This document shows positions 16,695 to 26,182 of a stretch of 36,557 nucleotides of DNA, piece after piece; positions within the stretch are counted from its first letter, which is position 1, and every line of letters begins with the position of its first letter. The stretch lies in the sequence record DRR723986_4068; one strand, 5' to 3'. The translations under genes and the position numbers were made by a program. Under the pieces are notes generated by a model. It worked only from the letters and a program-made list of their open reading frames with translations. It did not search any database and was not told the DNA's origin.

Positions 16695-18989
16695 TTAGAA
16701 GTCAGCTGAAAGCGAGACGGTGAACGTGCGCGGCGGTCCGTAGAACGCCGAGTAGGCCGCATCAAGACCGAGCTGGCTCGGTGTGACGAAGTTATAGGCC
16801 GCCACGCGATATTCCTGATCGGTCAGATTCCGGCCATGCAGGCCAACGCGGTACTTGCCAGTCGGCGACGTCCAGACCGCACTGAGATCGAAGAGGTAGT
16901 AGCCCGACGGATCCAGCTTCGGCCCGCCGCCCGGGAAAATTGCGCTCTGCCCGGCCGGGAAGCCCTCATTCGGGATGTTGAACAGATAGTATTCGTCGCG
17001 GCCGGATACCGTGCCGGTCAGCGACAGCTCACCGCGGTTCGGGCCAAGGTCCTGAATATAGTTCGCGGAGATCTGGCCCTGCAGTTCCGGCGTATTCTGC
17101 GTCACGAAGGAGCTGGCGACGTTTGTGCCGCCGGACAGGATTTCGGTGATCTCGGCGTCAATGTAGCCCAGCGTTGCAAACAGAGTCAGATTGTCGGTCG
17201 CAAACCAGGTGCCTTCGATTTCGAGGCCTTTGTATTCGGACGCACCGGCATTGAACACCGACGAAACAAACGTGTCGTTGATGCCGTCATTATCGGTGTC
17301 TGCACCGCTCTGAACGGTGATCTGCTGGTCGGTATAGTCGGCGAAGAACACCGCCGTGTTGAGCAGCAGGCTGTCGCCGAAGAAGGAGCCTTTGACACCC
17401 AGTTCATAGGAGTCGACTTGCTCGGGGCCGAAGCCCTGGCGAGAGAGGCCAGTAGGATCGAGATCTTCCCGCGCCCGCGGGTCGAAACCGCCTGCCTTGA
17501 AGCCCTGCGCGTAGGTCGCATAGATGTTCAGGTCATCCGTCGGCTTATAGGAAACGGACACGCGCGGCGTGAACTGGTCATCCTTGCGTTCAACGCCCTG
17601 ATAGTCTGTCTGGGTCACCAAGAAGACAGAGGTCGTGTTCGACGGATCGAAAGACCCGGTGCCGAGGCCAAGCCAGGCTTCGCGGAGCACGTCCGCCGTC
17701 GTCTTGTCTTCGGTGTAGCGTCCGCCGAGCGAAACGCTCCATTGGTCATTCAGTGCGTAGGTGAAGTCGCCATAGACGGAGAAGTTCTCTTTCTCCTGCG
17801 AACCAGCCTGGTAGATCGAGAGGCCGAGGGCGCTGAGAATGACGTCGAACGCGCCGTCCGCCGTGCCATCGAGGTAATAGATCCCGGCGACGCCGCTGAG
17901 CGGTCCGTTGTCGTAGAGAAGCTGGAACTCCTGCGAGAACTGGTCGTCATTGTAGTAGGCAGGCACATCGAAGTCCGGCTGCGGCAGGGCGTCGAAATCG
18001 ATCGGCGTGATGGTGGAGCCTTCACGATAGGCGGTGATCGATTTCAGCGTGACGATGTCGTTGACATCCCACTGCGCGGTCAGCGAGTAGCCTTCAGTTT
18101 CGACGGAGTTATCGTCGCCGATGCCGGCGCGCGTGTCGTAGACATCGCCGGTAACCGGGAGCGTTCCGTCTGCACTCGGAAGGAGGCGGTGGCCGTGCTT
18201 GGCATTGGAGTCGTCTTCGGACTTGTCATAGGCGAAGCGGAGCGAGAAATCATCCCGTGGAGTCCATTCGGCGCTGAGGCGGTAGGCCAGCAGGTCCTTG
18301 TTGTAGTGCTCGGCGCCGGTGTTCAGGTTCTTGCCGAAACCGTCGCGCGTGTATTTCGCGATCGCACCGCCGACAGCGAATGTGTCGCTGAGGGGTGTCG
18401 AGCCGGAAACGATCACATCGGCCTGGCTGTAGCTGCCAAGATTGGCCTTCACTTTCAGATCCGGCTCATTGCCGAGCGGCTTGGTCACATACTTGATCGC
18501 GCCGCCGATCGTGTTGCGGCCATAGAGCGTCCCTTGCGGCCCGCGCAGCACCTCCACGCGGTCGACATCGAAAATGTCGAGGATCGCGCCCTGGGGGCGG
18601 GCGATGTAGACATCGTCGACATAGAGGCCGACGCCAGGCTCAAAGCCCCAGAGCGGGTCCTGCTGGCCGACGCCGCGGATGAAGGCGATCAGTGTCGAGT
18701 TCGAGCCGCGCGCCACTTCTATCGTGGCGTTCGGGGTCGAGCGCTGGATGGAGGTAATGTCTACCGCCCCGGTAACTTCCAGGCGCTCCGAACCTATCGC
18801 GGTGACCGACAGCGGCACGTCGAGGAGGTTTTCCTCGCGGCGTTGTGCCGTGACCGTCACGCGGCCCAGCGTCCGGGTGTTTTCATCCGCCTGATCGGCG
18901 TCTTGTGCCATGGCGTGATACTGGCCTCCAGTCAGCGCAATCGCTGAAACCAGGCCGAACTTAAACGTGTCGAATTTCTGCTGCTTCAC
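16695..18989 (-). CDS. TonB-dependent receptor
   Basis: GTG start with GGGAGG RBS, VTVTAQRREE, plug IRGVG..GVGLYVDDVY..RVEVLRGPQGTLYGRNTIGGAI, C-terminal PRTFTVSLSADF. Confidence 0.95.
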   Translation of the reverse strand: MKQQKFDTFKFGLVSAIALTGGQYHAMAQDADQADENTRTLGRVTVTAQRREENLLDVPLSVTAIGSERLEVTGAVDITSIQRSTPNATIEVARGSNSTLIAFIRGVGQQDPLWGFEPGVGLYVDDVYIARPQGAILDIFDVDRVEVLRGPQGTLYGRNTIGGAIKYVTKPLGNEPDLKVKANLGSYSQADVIVSGSTPLSDTFAVGGAIAKYTRDGFGKNLNTGAEHYNKDLLAYRLSAEWTPRDDFSLRFAYDKSEDDSNAKHGHRLLPSADGTLPVTGDVYDTRAGIGDDNSVETEGYSLTAQWDVNDIVTLKSITAYREGSTITPIDFDALPQPDFDVPAYYNDDQFSQEFQLLYDNGPLSGVAGIYYLDGTADGAFDVILSALGLSIYQAGSQEKENFSVYGDFTYALNDQWSVSLGGRYTEDKTTADVLREAWLGLGTGSFDPSNTTSVFLVTQTDYQGVERKDDQFTPRVSVSYKPTDDLNIYATYAQGFKAGGFDPRAREDLDPTGLSRQGFGPEQVDSYELGVKGSFFGDSLLLNTAVFFADYTDQQITVQSGADTDNDGINDTFVSSVFNAGASEYKGLEIEGTWFATDNLTLFATLGYIDAEITEILSGGTNVASSFVTQNTPELQGQISANYIQDLGPNRGELSLTGTVSGRDEYYLFNIPNEGFPAGQSAIFPGGGPKLDPSGYYLFDLSAVWTSPTGKYRVGLHGRNLTDQEYRVAAYNFVTPSQLGLDAAYSAFYGPPRTFTVSLSADF

Positions 18990-19085
18990 GATGTCCTCCC
19001 GCAGGTATGTTATTTTGGGAGGATTATTCAGAAGACGATCCGGATTTCGATGACGGGACGGCTCAGGGCTAGTGAACAGTTTCGC

Positions 19086-20153
19086 TCACGCGCCTTCGTT
19101 CACCGCAGCATCATTCCGGGCAAAAACCGCCGGCGATACGCCTCGCATCTTCTTAAATGCCCGGTTGAAGGCGCGCACATCGGAATAGCCGATCAGTTCG
19201 GAGACTTCAGAGACAGATGTGCCGCGCGCCAGCAGGGCATTGGCCCGCTCCATACGGTGGTTCAGCACCAGATCCCGGAAGGAGGTATCTTCTTCGCTGA
19301 GGCGTCGCCTGAGGGTCGCCACGCTGATGCTGAACGCGCTGGCGACCGCCTGCTGGGTTTCCAACCCTTCGGAGATCAGCTCTTCAGTCCGGATGGCGAA
19401 GGGACGCGTATCTGTTTCAGGCTCAAGCGTGTCCAGGTGGTGGATGACACGGGAGAAGATTCCATCGGTACTCAGGTCTGCATTCGTTGCCGGTGCGATC
19501 TGCTGGCACGCAGCCTGATAGTCAAACACTAGTTCGTATACGGTTTTGTTGTACTGAACCGGAACTTCCCAGAAGGATGTCAGCGTGTCTTCGATGTCCT
19601 TGCGGCCCCGGACAAGAGTCACGCGGGTCAGCGCCTTGCTGGCAACGCCGCCGGTCAGGCTGTCTATCAGGCAGTAGACCTTGATCAGCAAGGCATCCCG
19701 GACGAAGTGGAGTAGCGGTTCATTGTCCCGGAAGCGATAGGGGAATTTCGAGTCATCCAGGATGAGGGTCAGTGTCTCACCGCTTTGGCGAACCAGATTG
19801 TAATTCCCGCCATGCAGCATGTTGAAATAAGACGCCAGACTGCGGATCAGGTCCTGCAGGGTTCTCGCAGACTTCAATTGGGAAATCACGAAGGTGCCGC
19901 TCTGGTAGAGGAGCTTCCGTTCCGACAGCTGAGCCGTGAGGTCGTCCAGTGACTTCGCGATTTCGGACTGAATGCGGAAATAGTCGGTCAGCGGCCGCCT
20001 CGTGTGTGGCGCGTTCCGGAGTACCTCAGGGGCAACGCCGATCTTGCCCGCCACCCGATCCAGATCCACACCAGCCTCTTCTGCCCATGTCAGAATGGGT
20101 GCGATCTGGCCGATCTCGAAAACAATTCTGTCGCTGCCGCAGGATCCACTCAT
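19086..20153 (-). CDS. AraC-family transcriptional regulator
   Basis: C-terminal double HTH: VASAFSISVATLRRRL.EE.TSFRDL..A..LL..SVSEVSELIGYSDVRAFNRAFKK..GVSP. Start codon is uncertain; ATG 20153 chosen. Confidence 0.9.
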   Translation of the reverse strand: MSGSCGSDRIVFEIGQIAPILTWAEEAGVDLDRVAGKIGVAPEVLRNAPHTRRPLTDYFRIQSEIAKSLDDLTAQLSERKLLYQSGTFVISQLKSARTLQDLIRSLASYFNMLHGGNYNLVRQSGETLTLILDDSKFPYRFRDNEPLLHFVRDALLIKVYCLIDSLTGGVASKALTRVTLVRGRKDIEDTLTSFWEVPVQYNKTVYELVFDYQAACQQIAPATNADLSTDGIFSRVIHHLDTLEPETDTRPFAIRTEELISEGLETQQAVASAFSISVATLRRRLSEEDTSFRDLVLNHRMERANALLARGTSVSEVSELIGYSDVRAFNRAFKKMRGVSPAVFARNDAAVNEGA

Positions 20154-20286
20154 CCCACACGTATATCGAGATTTCCTGTTGCGGGAAATACAGCATAGGC
20201 TGCACCCGGCCTGAGACCATTGTAGAATTGACCATACCGCAACGCGCAACACGCGGTTGTTGTTGGCGGTTTGTCACCTTCTTTCC

Positions 20287-22152
20287 TTATTCCGTGCCAA
20301 CGTCTGACCAGGGGCGAAGGGGCAGGGTTAATGCGCTTGGGGTCTCTGGCCCAAAGGATATCGTGAACGCTTCCGGTTTGCCTTGTGAATACCGCCGGAA
20401 ATAGGCCGTGTCTGTTCCAGCAATCGCCAGTCGCACCCGTTCTCCCGGGTTAAGACGGGCTGCGACCGGATTTAGCGCAAATTCGACTTTCATCAGCTCG
20501 CCCGGCGTCACCGGCAGCATGTCTTCCTTGCGGAACGAATGTGGCGCTGGGCCCATTTCATAAGGCAAAGTGGCAGGGTCAGCAGGAGCACGATGGATCG
20601 CCCGAAAGATGCCTTCAGTGACATAACTGACCGTACCATCCGGGAGGACGACTTCCAGATAAGCGTGGAAAACCGGATCGTTCGTGGCGCTGGATACAAA
20701 CAGGGTGAGAACCGGGTCGCCTGCGAGTTCCATTGCTGATTCCAGAGGGGCGCTATCGAATACGACCAGTTTCTCGTCAGCTTCACGGCGGTCCGCATAG
20801 GCTGGTGCCACACCGAACTGAGTGGACCAACGTGTCGTCTCGCCGGTATTTGCGGAAAAGTCGACAACATAGACGAGGCTGCCTCCCTCTGGGGGAGCTT
20901 CAGCTAGCGAGCGGTCCGCACTCAGATACATCGATGTCGTCTCTACGCCAGCGGGTGGCCATGTACTGGACTGCTTGAACGTATCTGCTCCGAGAACGTA
21001 GTAATTGATTTCCCGCGCTATTGATTCGTCATTCGAAATCTGATCGTAGAACCCGGACATGATTTCATGCTGGTCGTCGATCGATGGCCTCGGTTCCAGG
21101 TCGCCCGGAAACCGCGGGTCAGCAAATGTCACGTTGGAGTGGTCGTTGCCCGTGATCCAGATATCCATGGGAACGTCTGGTGCAGAAAGGTACCGCGACA
21201 GGGCCGCACGGGCGGTCCCGGCATCCATCCAGCTGCCCCATATCTGCGCAGGCTTTTGCTGCTCTTTGATCGCGTCCAGATGCGAGGAAGGGGATGAATC
21301 GAAGAAGGTGTAACCATTGCGCCCCTTGTCGTCGAAATAGACAAGGTCCGCATAATCGTCTGGTGCCCATCTGTCTCGGCCGGCGAGCGCTTCGCGTAAC
21401 AGGGTAAGGTCTGTGTCGTCATCGACAGGATCCAGAACCGGCCAAAGGGCTGCACAATCCTCCACCCGGGTGAGGCAGTTCAGGCTGCCATCCGCGTTGA
21501 CGCCTTCATCCATGTTCTTGGTCGCGCCGCCCCATCCCTGAAGAAACCAGTCGTTTGCGACACCGCCCGGGAAGAACAAATTCAGGAAGACATCAAAGTC
21601 CACTTCCCGAACGATAGCGCCTTTCAGTGCCGACGCCGGCCGGCTGGTCGCAACATCGGCGGTGTCTGCCATGTAGGAAGTCCCTTGCGCGAATATGGTG
21701 CCGCTCGACCACGGCTGAGCCGCCAGATGGGCGATGATCTCATCCATGTCTTCGACCTCTTCCGGGCCGACATCGACACGACGCGGACCGAAGGAGGAGG
21801 TCGATCCGCGCGTGTCGACGCTTGCGATGATGTAACCGTCATCACGAAATCGCTCATAGGCCTGGATCATCAGGGCCCGGCCGTAGCGGGTCTGCACGAG
21901 AATGGTCGGAGCGGGTTCGGCCGGAACTTCGCTCTCAGGATAGTAGAGATTGACGGCAATCCTCGTCCCATCGCGCATTGGAAGGTAATAGGCCTTATCG
22001 GCCCGCACCGGTGTCTGCTCCGCTTGTGTTTCAGAAGCACTTTGCGTGGGTGCCGTCACGTCTGCTGGAAGATTGCAGGCCACAAGGGCCGACAATGCGA
22101 GCAAGCTGGCGCCTGTGAGAGAGTGTCTCAAACGATCGGAACAGAACAACAT
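20287..22152 (-). CDS. CocE/NonD-family serine hydrolase, probable lipoprotein
   Basis: MRDGTRIAVNLY.P, QTRYGR, DTRG..SSFG, QPWS.G...QGTSY nucleophile, WMD, and a C-terminal beta domain. Lipobox LVAC. AGGAGG RBS precedes ATG 22152. Confidence 0.9.
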   Translation of the reverse strand: MLFCSDRLRHSLTGASLLALSALVACNLPADVTAPTQSASETQAEQTPVRADKAYYLPMRDGTRIAVNLYYPESEVPAEPAPTILVQTRYGRALMIQAYERFRDDGYIIASVDTRGSTSSFGPRRVDVGPEEVEDMDEIIAHLAAQPWSSGTIFAQGTSYMADTADVATSRPASALKGAIVREVDFDVFLNLFFPGGVANDWFLQGWGGATKNMDEGVNADGSLNCLTRVEDCAALWPVLDPVDDDTDLTLLREALAGRDRWAPDDYADLVYFDDKGRNGYTFFDSSPSSHLDAIKEQQKPAQIWGSWMDAGTARAALSRYLSAPDVPMDIWITGNDHSNVTFADPRFPGDLEPRPSIDDQHEIMSGFYDQISNDESIAREINYYVLGADTFKQSSTWPPAGVETTSMYLSADRSLAEAPPEGGSLVYVVDFSANTGETTRWSTQFGVAPAYADRREADEKLVVFDSAPLESAMELAGDPVLTLFVSSATNDPVFHAYLEVVLPDGTVSYVTEGIFRAIHRAPADPATLPYEMGPAPHSFRKEDMLPVTPGELMKVEFALNPVAARLNPGERVRLAIAGTDTAYFRRYSQGKPEAFTISFGPETPSALTLPLRPWSDVGTE

Positions 22153-22162
22153 GATGGCCTCC

Positions 22163-24364
22163 TTAGTAACGGACCACGAGTCGGACACCATAGGTCTCCG
22201 GGTCCCCGAGGACGACGAATTTCTGACCGACCACATCTGTGCCTGACAGGTCGAACAGGCGCTGCTTCACCTCTTCATCGCCAAGGTTTTCTCCCCAGAT
22301 GCTGAACCTCCAGGACCCGTCATTCGCAGCGATGCCGGCGCTGAGATTGTAGAGCGAATAGCTCTCGACCCGGCCGTCTGCCTGATTGTCCTGCGTCAGG
22401 TAGCTTTCGCCCCGGGCGAGGACCGAACCTCCAACGAACCAATCCAGTGTTTGGGTCAGTGGCGCCTCATAGTCCGCATTCAGATTGAGCGTGTAATCCG
22501 GCGCATAGGGTATTTTGTCGAGCGGCGTGCCGTCGGGTAGGATACCTTCGTCGAACTCGGCCTCTTGCAGAGCAGCGTTCAGGCCGACAGTCAGATAGTC
22601 GGTGACCCGCGAAAGCACTTCCAGTTCAACCCCGGTGGAGTGCGCTGCACCAGCATTGCTGATCTGCGGATCATAAAGCGGCGTGTTCGGGTTGTCCGTC
22701 GTGATCTGGATATCCGTCCAGTCCATGTAGAAGACGGCGAGGCTGGCCTGCATCTGGCCATCGAACAGTTCACCCTTCAGGCCCGCTTCATAATTCCACA
22801 GGGTTTCGGGGTCGAAGGAGATGCCGTTCGCATCGCCCAGCGCATCATTGTAACCACCGCTCTTGAAGCCGCTCGAGACAGTGACATACCCGATTGTCTC
22901 AGGTGTGAACCGGTACCGCACATTGGCGGTCGGCGTCACTTCCGACCAGCTGTCCGATCCGGTGACGCTGAAATCGCCGCCGAGCAGGCCGAATGGATCA
23001 GACTGTGAATAGTCTATCTTCTTTTCTTCGTCCGTGTACCGGGCACCCAGGGTAACATCGAGTTTCTCGGAGACATTCCATGTCATCGATGCGAATGCGG
23101 CGATGGAACGGGTATCCATACGAGCGTCCGAGCCGGAGCGTCCGCCAGCGGCCTCCGGTGCGCCGAGCAGGTCTGCAAGGTCAGAGCCGATTTCGATGAA
23201 ACTGAGATTGGAGGCTTCCTGATCGTAATAATAGGTCCCCAGGATCCAGTCGAGATCGCCGGAACTCCAGTTCAGGCGAAACTCGTTGGAGAAGCGCTGC
23301 GCGGTTTCCGGATCTCCATCATAGAGCCAGCTGAGGGCTGACCGGTCAGTGTCGGTACGGCTGAAATAGTCGTGCTCGCGATAGGAGGTGATATTGGTGA
23401 TGTCGACGCCGCTGATGGTCGTCGTGAATGTCGAGGACGCGCCCCAGATCTCCGCGGTTTCGACCGGTTGCTGATCTGCGTAGACCTTGCGGTCAAACGG
23501 GTCTGCGTTGCGTTCGATCGAGAAGGCATCCAGGACCGAGACGAAAGTGGTCCCCTCGATATATTTCAGCGTTTCAAATATCAGCGGTTCCTGATCGATT
23601 TCTTTGTAGTCGGCGGTGAGCAGCCATTCGGTCTCAGCACCGAGATTGAACAGGAGCTGCCCCCGTGCCGACCAGGACCCTTCTGTATTTACTTCCTGCC
23701 CCAGCACGACGTTGTCGGACAAGCCGCCGCGTTCGGTTTTCTGGACGGCAAGGCGACCGGATATGGTATCCTTGACCAGCGGTCCGCTGACGACAGCGCC
23801 GATACGGTAATAGTCATAATTGCCGGCCTCGGCTTCCAGCCGGGCCTCGAATTCGTCTGTTGGCCGGGCAGTCGTGTAGCTGACGGCACCGCCGATCGCG
23901 TTCCGTCCGAAGAGAGTACCCTGAGGACCACGGAGTACTTCAACACGTTCCAGATCGAACAGGTCTACCGCTGCGCCGACACCTTGTCCGAGAAAGACCT
24001 CATCGAGATAGTAGGCAACAGCCGGATCTGCGCCGGCTGAACCTGCCCCGCCAATCACACCGCGAAGCGAAGTGGGGGAGAGCTTGGAATCCCCGAAATT
24101 GCCGTACGTCATGCCCGGCGTACGAAGAGCGAGCGCGTCCGGGTCACCGATCCCTTCATTGATGAGGGCGTCAGACGTGAAAGCGGTGACGGAAAGGGGA
24201 GCTTCCAGCGAAGTTTCCTGTTGTTTCCGGGCCGTGATGACCACTTTCTGAAGGCTGCGGGTCTGTTCGACAGGTTCGGCTGCACCGGTTCCGGATTCCT
24301 GGGCGACTGCGAGTTGTCCGGCAGCCAGCATGGCGATGGCGCTTGTCCAGATTAGTTTCTTCAT
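22163..24364 (-). CDS. TonB-dependent receptor
   Basis: Signal MKKLIWTSAIAMLAAG..AVAQ, VVITARK, plug ERVEVLRGPQGTLFGRNAIGGAV, C-terminal PETYGVRLVVRY. GGGGAG RBS. Confidence 0.95.
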   Translation of the reverse strand: MKKLIWTSAIAMLAAGQLAVAQESGTGAAEPVEQTRSLQKVVITARKQQETSLEAPLSVTAFTSDALINEGIGDPDALALRTPGMTYGNFGDSKLSPTSLRGVIGGAGSAGADPAVAYYLDEVFLGQGVGAAVDLFDLERVEVLRGPQGTLFGRNAIGGAVSYTTARPTDEFEARLEAEAGNYDYYRIGAVVSGPLVKDTISGRLAVQKTERGGLSDNVVLGQEVNTEGSWSARGQLLFNLGAETEWLLTADYKEIDQEPLIFETLKYIEGTTFVSVLDAFSIERNADPFDRKVYADQQPVETAEIWGASSTFTTTISGVDITNITSYREHDYFSRTDTDRSALSWLYDGDPETAQRFSNEFRLNWSSGDLDWILGTYYYDQEASNLSFIEIGSDLADLLGAPEAAGGRSGSDARMDTRSIAAFASMTWNVSEKLDVTLGARYTDEEKKIDYSQSDPFGLLGGDFSVTGSDSWSEVTPTANVRYRFTPETIGYVTVSSGFKSGGYNDALGDANGISFDPETLWNYEAGLKGELFDGQMQASLAVFYMDWTDIQITTDNPNTPLYDPQISNAGAAHSTGVELEVLSRVTDYLTVGLNAALQEAEFDEGILPDGTPLDKIPYAPDYTLNLNADYEAPLTQTLDWFVGGSVLARGESYLTQDNQADGRVESYSLYNLSAGIAANDGSWRFSIWGENLGDEEVKQRLFDLSGTDVVGQKFVVLGDPETYGVRLVVRY

Positions 24365-24391
24365 TTCGAAAACTCCCCATTTGCCATCTTT

Positions 24392-24415
24392 AAAAATGAA
24401 TATGGCCTCATATTT
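24392..24415. promoter_or_regulatory. Candidate TetR operator, copy 1
   Basis: AAAAATGAA-TATGGC-CTCATATTT, nearly identical to the palindrome at 28364-28386. It lies downstream of a minus-strand TTGACT (-35-like) at 24442-24447. Confidence 0.7.
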
Positions 24416-24541
24416 GTATTTAGATTCGGAAAACTCGTACAAGTCAACACCTCATCCCGGGGAATAAGGTGCATTTCGGAAATTTTTTTTATGGAATGGA
24501 CCGTCAGGACACAGATCAGGTCGGTCGTCGGACCGGCAGAA

Positions 24542-25285
24542 CTAGTTGCCGAAGGCTTTCAAATCGAGTGCCATGGCGCCCAGATGCTCCGGAAGGAGCT
24601 GACCCGGATAAAGTGCGCGGAACCAAATTACGCTCAGAGCATCCGCCAGATCTTCATCGCTCGGACAGGTTTTGCTGAGAAATTCGACCAGGCCTTCGTC
24701 AGGATAGATCGCGATCCGGCGAACCAGCTCATCCATCATCGCGCCCAAGGCAAAAGCTGCAAAAAGTGCCGCTTCATATTCGATAGCGCCTTCCGGATGA
24801 TTGCGGACAACGCTGCGGGCGATCCTTTCGTGCCAGATCCGGTTGTTGGCGTGTGCGACGCGGCCAAACTCTGCATCCTCATCGCTGAGCTGCAGGACAC
24901 ACCGCATCAGGCCCGCATTCGCACGCATGATGCCGAGCCAATGCAGATTGGCTGTTTGGATGGATTGAAAAGGTGACCGTGTCTCGCCGGCGGGCACATC
25001 GACGGTCTGCATGCCTTCCAGGAATTCCTGCAGCACGCTCAGCGTGATTTCTTTCTTGTCCTTGAAATAGATGTAGAAAGAGCCGTCCGAGGTTTCGGCC
25101 TGCTCGGTAATGTCGACAATGCGCATGGCGTGATAGCCAACAGATTCGAGTACCTGTGCTGCAGCCAGTTTCAGGCGTTCACGAGTCCTGTCGCCTTTGC
25201 GCTTGGGCGGCGATTTTTTTAGCCTTGTGTCCAGCTGTGCCGTAAAACGCTTGTCCTGGACTTCTACCGCATCCGATTTTGCCAA
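24542..25285 (-). CDS. TetR/AcrR-family transcriptional regulator
   Basis: RTRERLKLAAAQVL..GYHAMRIVDITEQAETSDGSFYIYFKDKKEI HTH. TTG start with GAGAGG RBS. Confidence 0.93.
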   Translation of the reverse strand: MAKSDAVEVQDKRFTAQLDTRLKKSPPKRKGDRTRERLKLAAAQVLESVGYHAMRIVDITEQAETSDGSFYIYFKDKKEITLSVLQEFLEGMQTVDVPAGETRSPFQSIQTANLHWLGIMRANAGLMRCVLQLSDEDAEFGRVAHANNRIWHERIARSVVRNHPEGAIEYEAALFAAFALGAMMDELVRRIAIYPDEGLVEFLSKTCPSDEDLADALSVIWFRALYPGQLLPEHLGAMALDLKAFGN

Positions 25286-25429
25286 TTCAGCCTCTCTCGC
25301 TGCCCGTGGCAGATTTTGCCGGAGACCGGTGCAAATCTGACGCCATATTCAACAAACAGGGCACCTCTACCCGAACCCGTCATTTCTTCAAGACATGGTA
25401 GTGGGTGTGTGGGATGTGGGCAAAGTCTT

Positions 25430-26182
25430 TCACGGTTTGAAGCTGAAATCCGCCCCGTTTGTGCTGATCGCGTCAGCGGCATCCAGCATCTGTGTCTTTT
25501 CCGATTCCAGGGCGGCTTCGAGTTGGTCATGAATTCTGTCCGCTTGCGCCGTCTTGTAGCGGGTCAGAGAGGCGCGGGGCAGGGAAAGGAGTTTGCCAAG
25601 CAGGTGGTCGAGCGCCGTGTCCATATCATCGGAGGGGATAAGCCGCGGGGCAATTCGGTCTTTTAGCAGTTCGTCGGCACTGACATCCACGCCTGCCCAG
25701 ATGATTTCGCGGGCGCGCGCGGGTCCGCAAACCTGTTCCAGCAGCCAGGTCACACCGCCGCTTGCATAGAGGCCATGGCCGGCTTCTGGAAAACGCATCC
25801 TGCTGGTTTCGCACCAGAGCGTGAAGTCCGCATTGAGCGGCCAGGCGCCTCCGGCCCCGATCGCCCATCCCTGCGTGACACAGACCACCGGTTTGTGTCC
25901 CAACATGATCTGGCGGGTGACATTCTGGAAGCGGTCCACAATGGCGACAGCGCTGGTGGCATCTGGTGTGGCTTCGCTTAGCTCGCGCAGGTCTTCACCG
26001 GCACAGAAATCCCGGCCCGCTCCGGCCAGGACTATAACATCGACATCCTCATCAGCGATCGCCCGGTCGAGTTGCTGCTCAAGCTGCTGCAGCATGTTCC
26101 GGCTGATGGCGTTGCGAACGGAAGGGCGGTTGAGCGTTATTCGAGTAACACGTCCTGCATGCGTATACAGAACATCGCTCAT
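25430..26182 (-). CDS. Enoyl-CoA hydratase/isomerase (crotonase) family protein
   Basis: ITLNRPSVRNAI, GAGRDFCAGEDL, KPVV..QGWAIGAG, FPEA..G. ATGA overlap with the ligase gene. Confidence 0.92.
   Translation of the reverse strand: MSDVLYTHAGRVTRITLNRPSVRNAISRNMLQQLEQQLDRAIADEDVDVIVLAGAGRDFCAGEDLRELSEATPDATSAVAIVDRFQNVTRQIMLGHKPVVCVTQGWAIGAGGAWPLNADFTLWCETSRMRFPEAGHGLYASGGVTWLLEQVCGPARAREIIWAGVDVSADELLKDRIAPRLIPSDDMDTALDHLLGKLLSLPRASLTRYKTAQADRIHDQLEAALESEKTQMLDAADAISTNGADFSFKP

Noticed and set aside
16836-18947. 703-aa plus-strand ORF
   Set aside because: Antisense shadow of the strongly codon-biased TonB receptor gene, with no recognisable motifs. The same applies to other long antisense ORFs (142-1170, 27921-28871, 29796-30599, 31540-32328).
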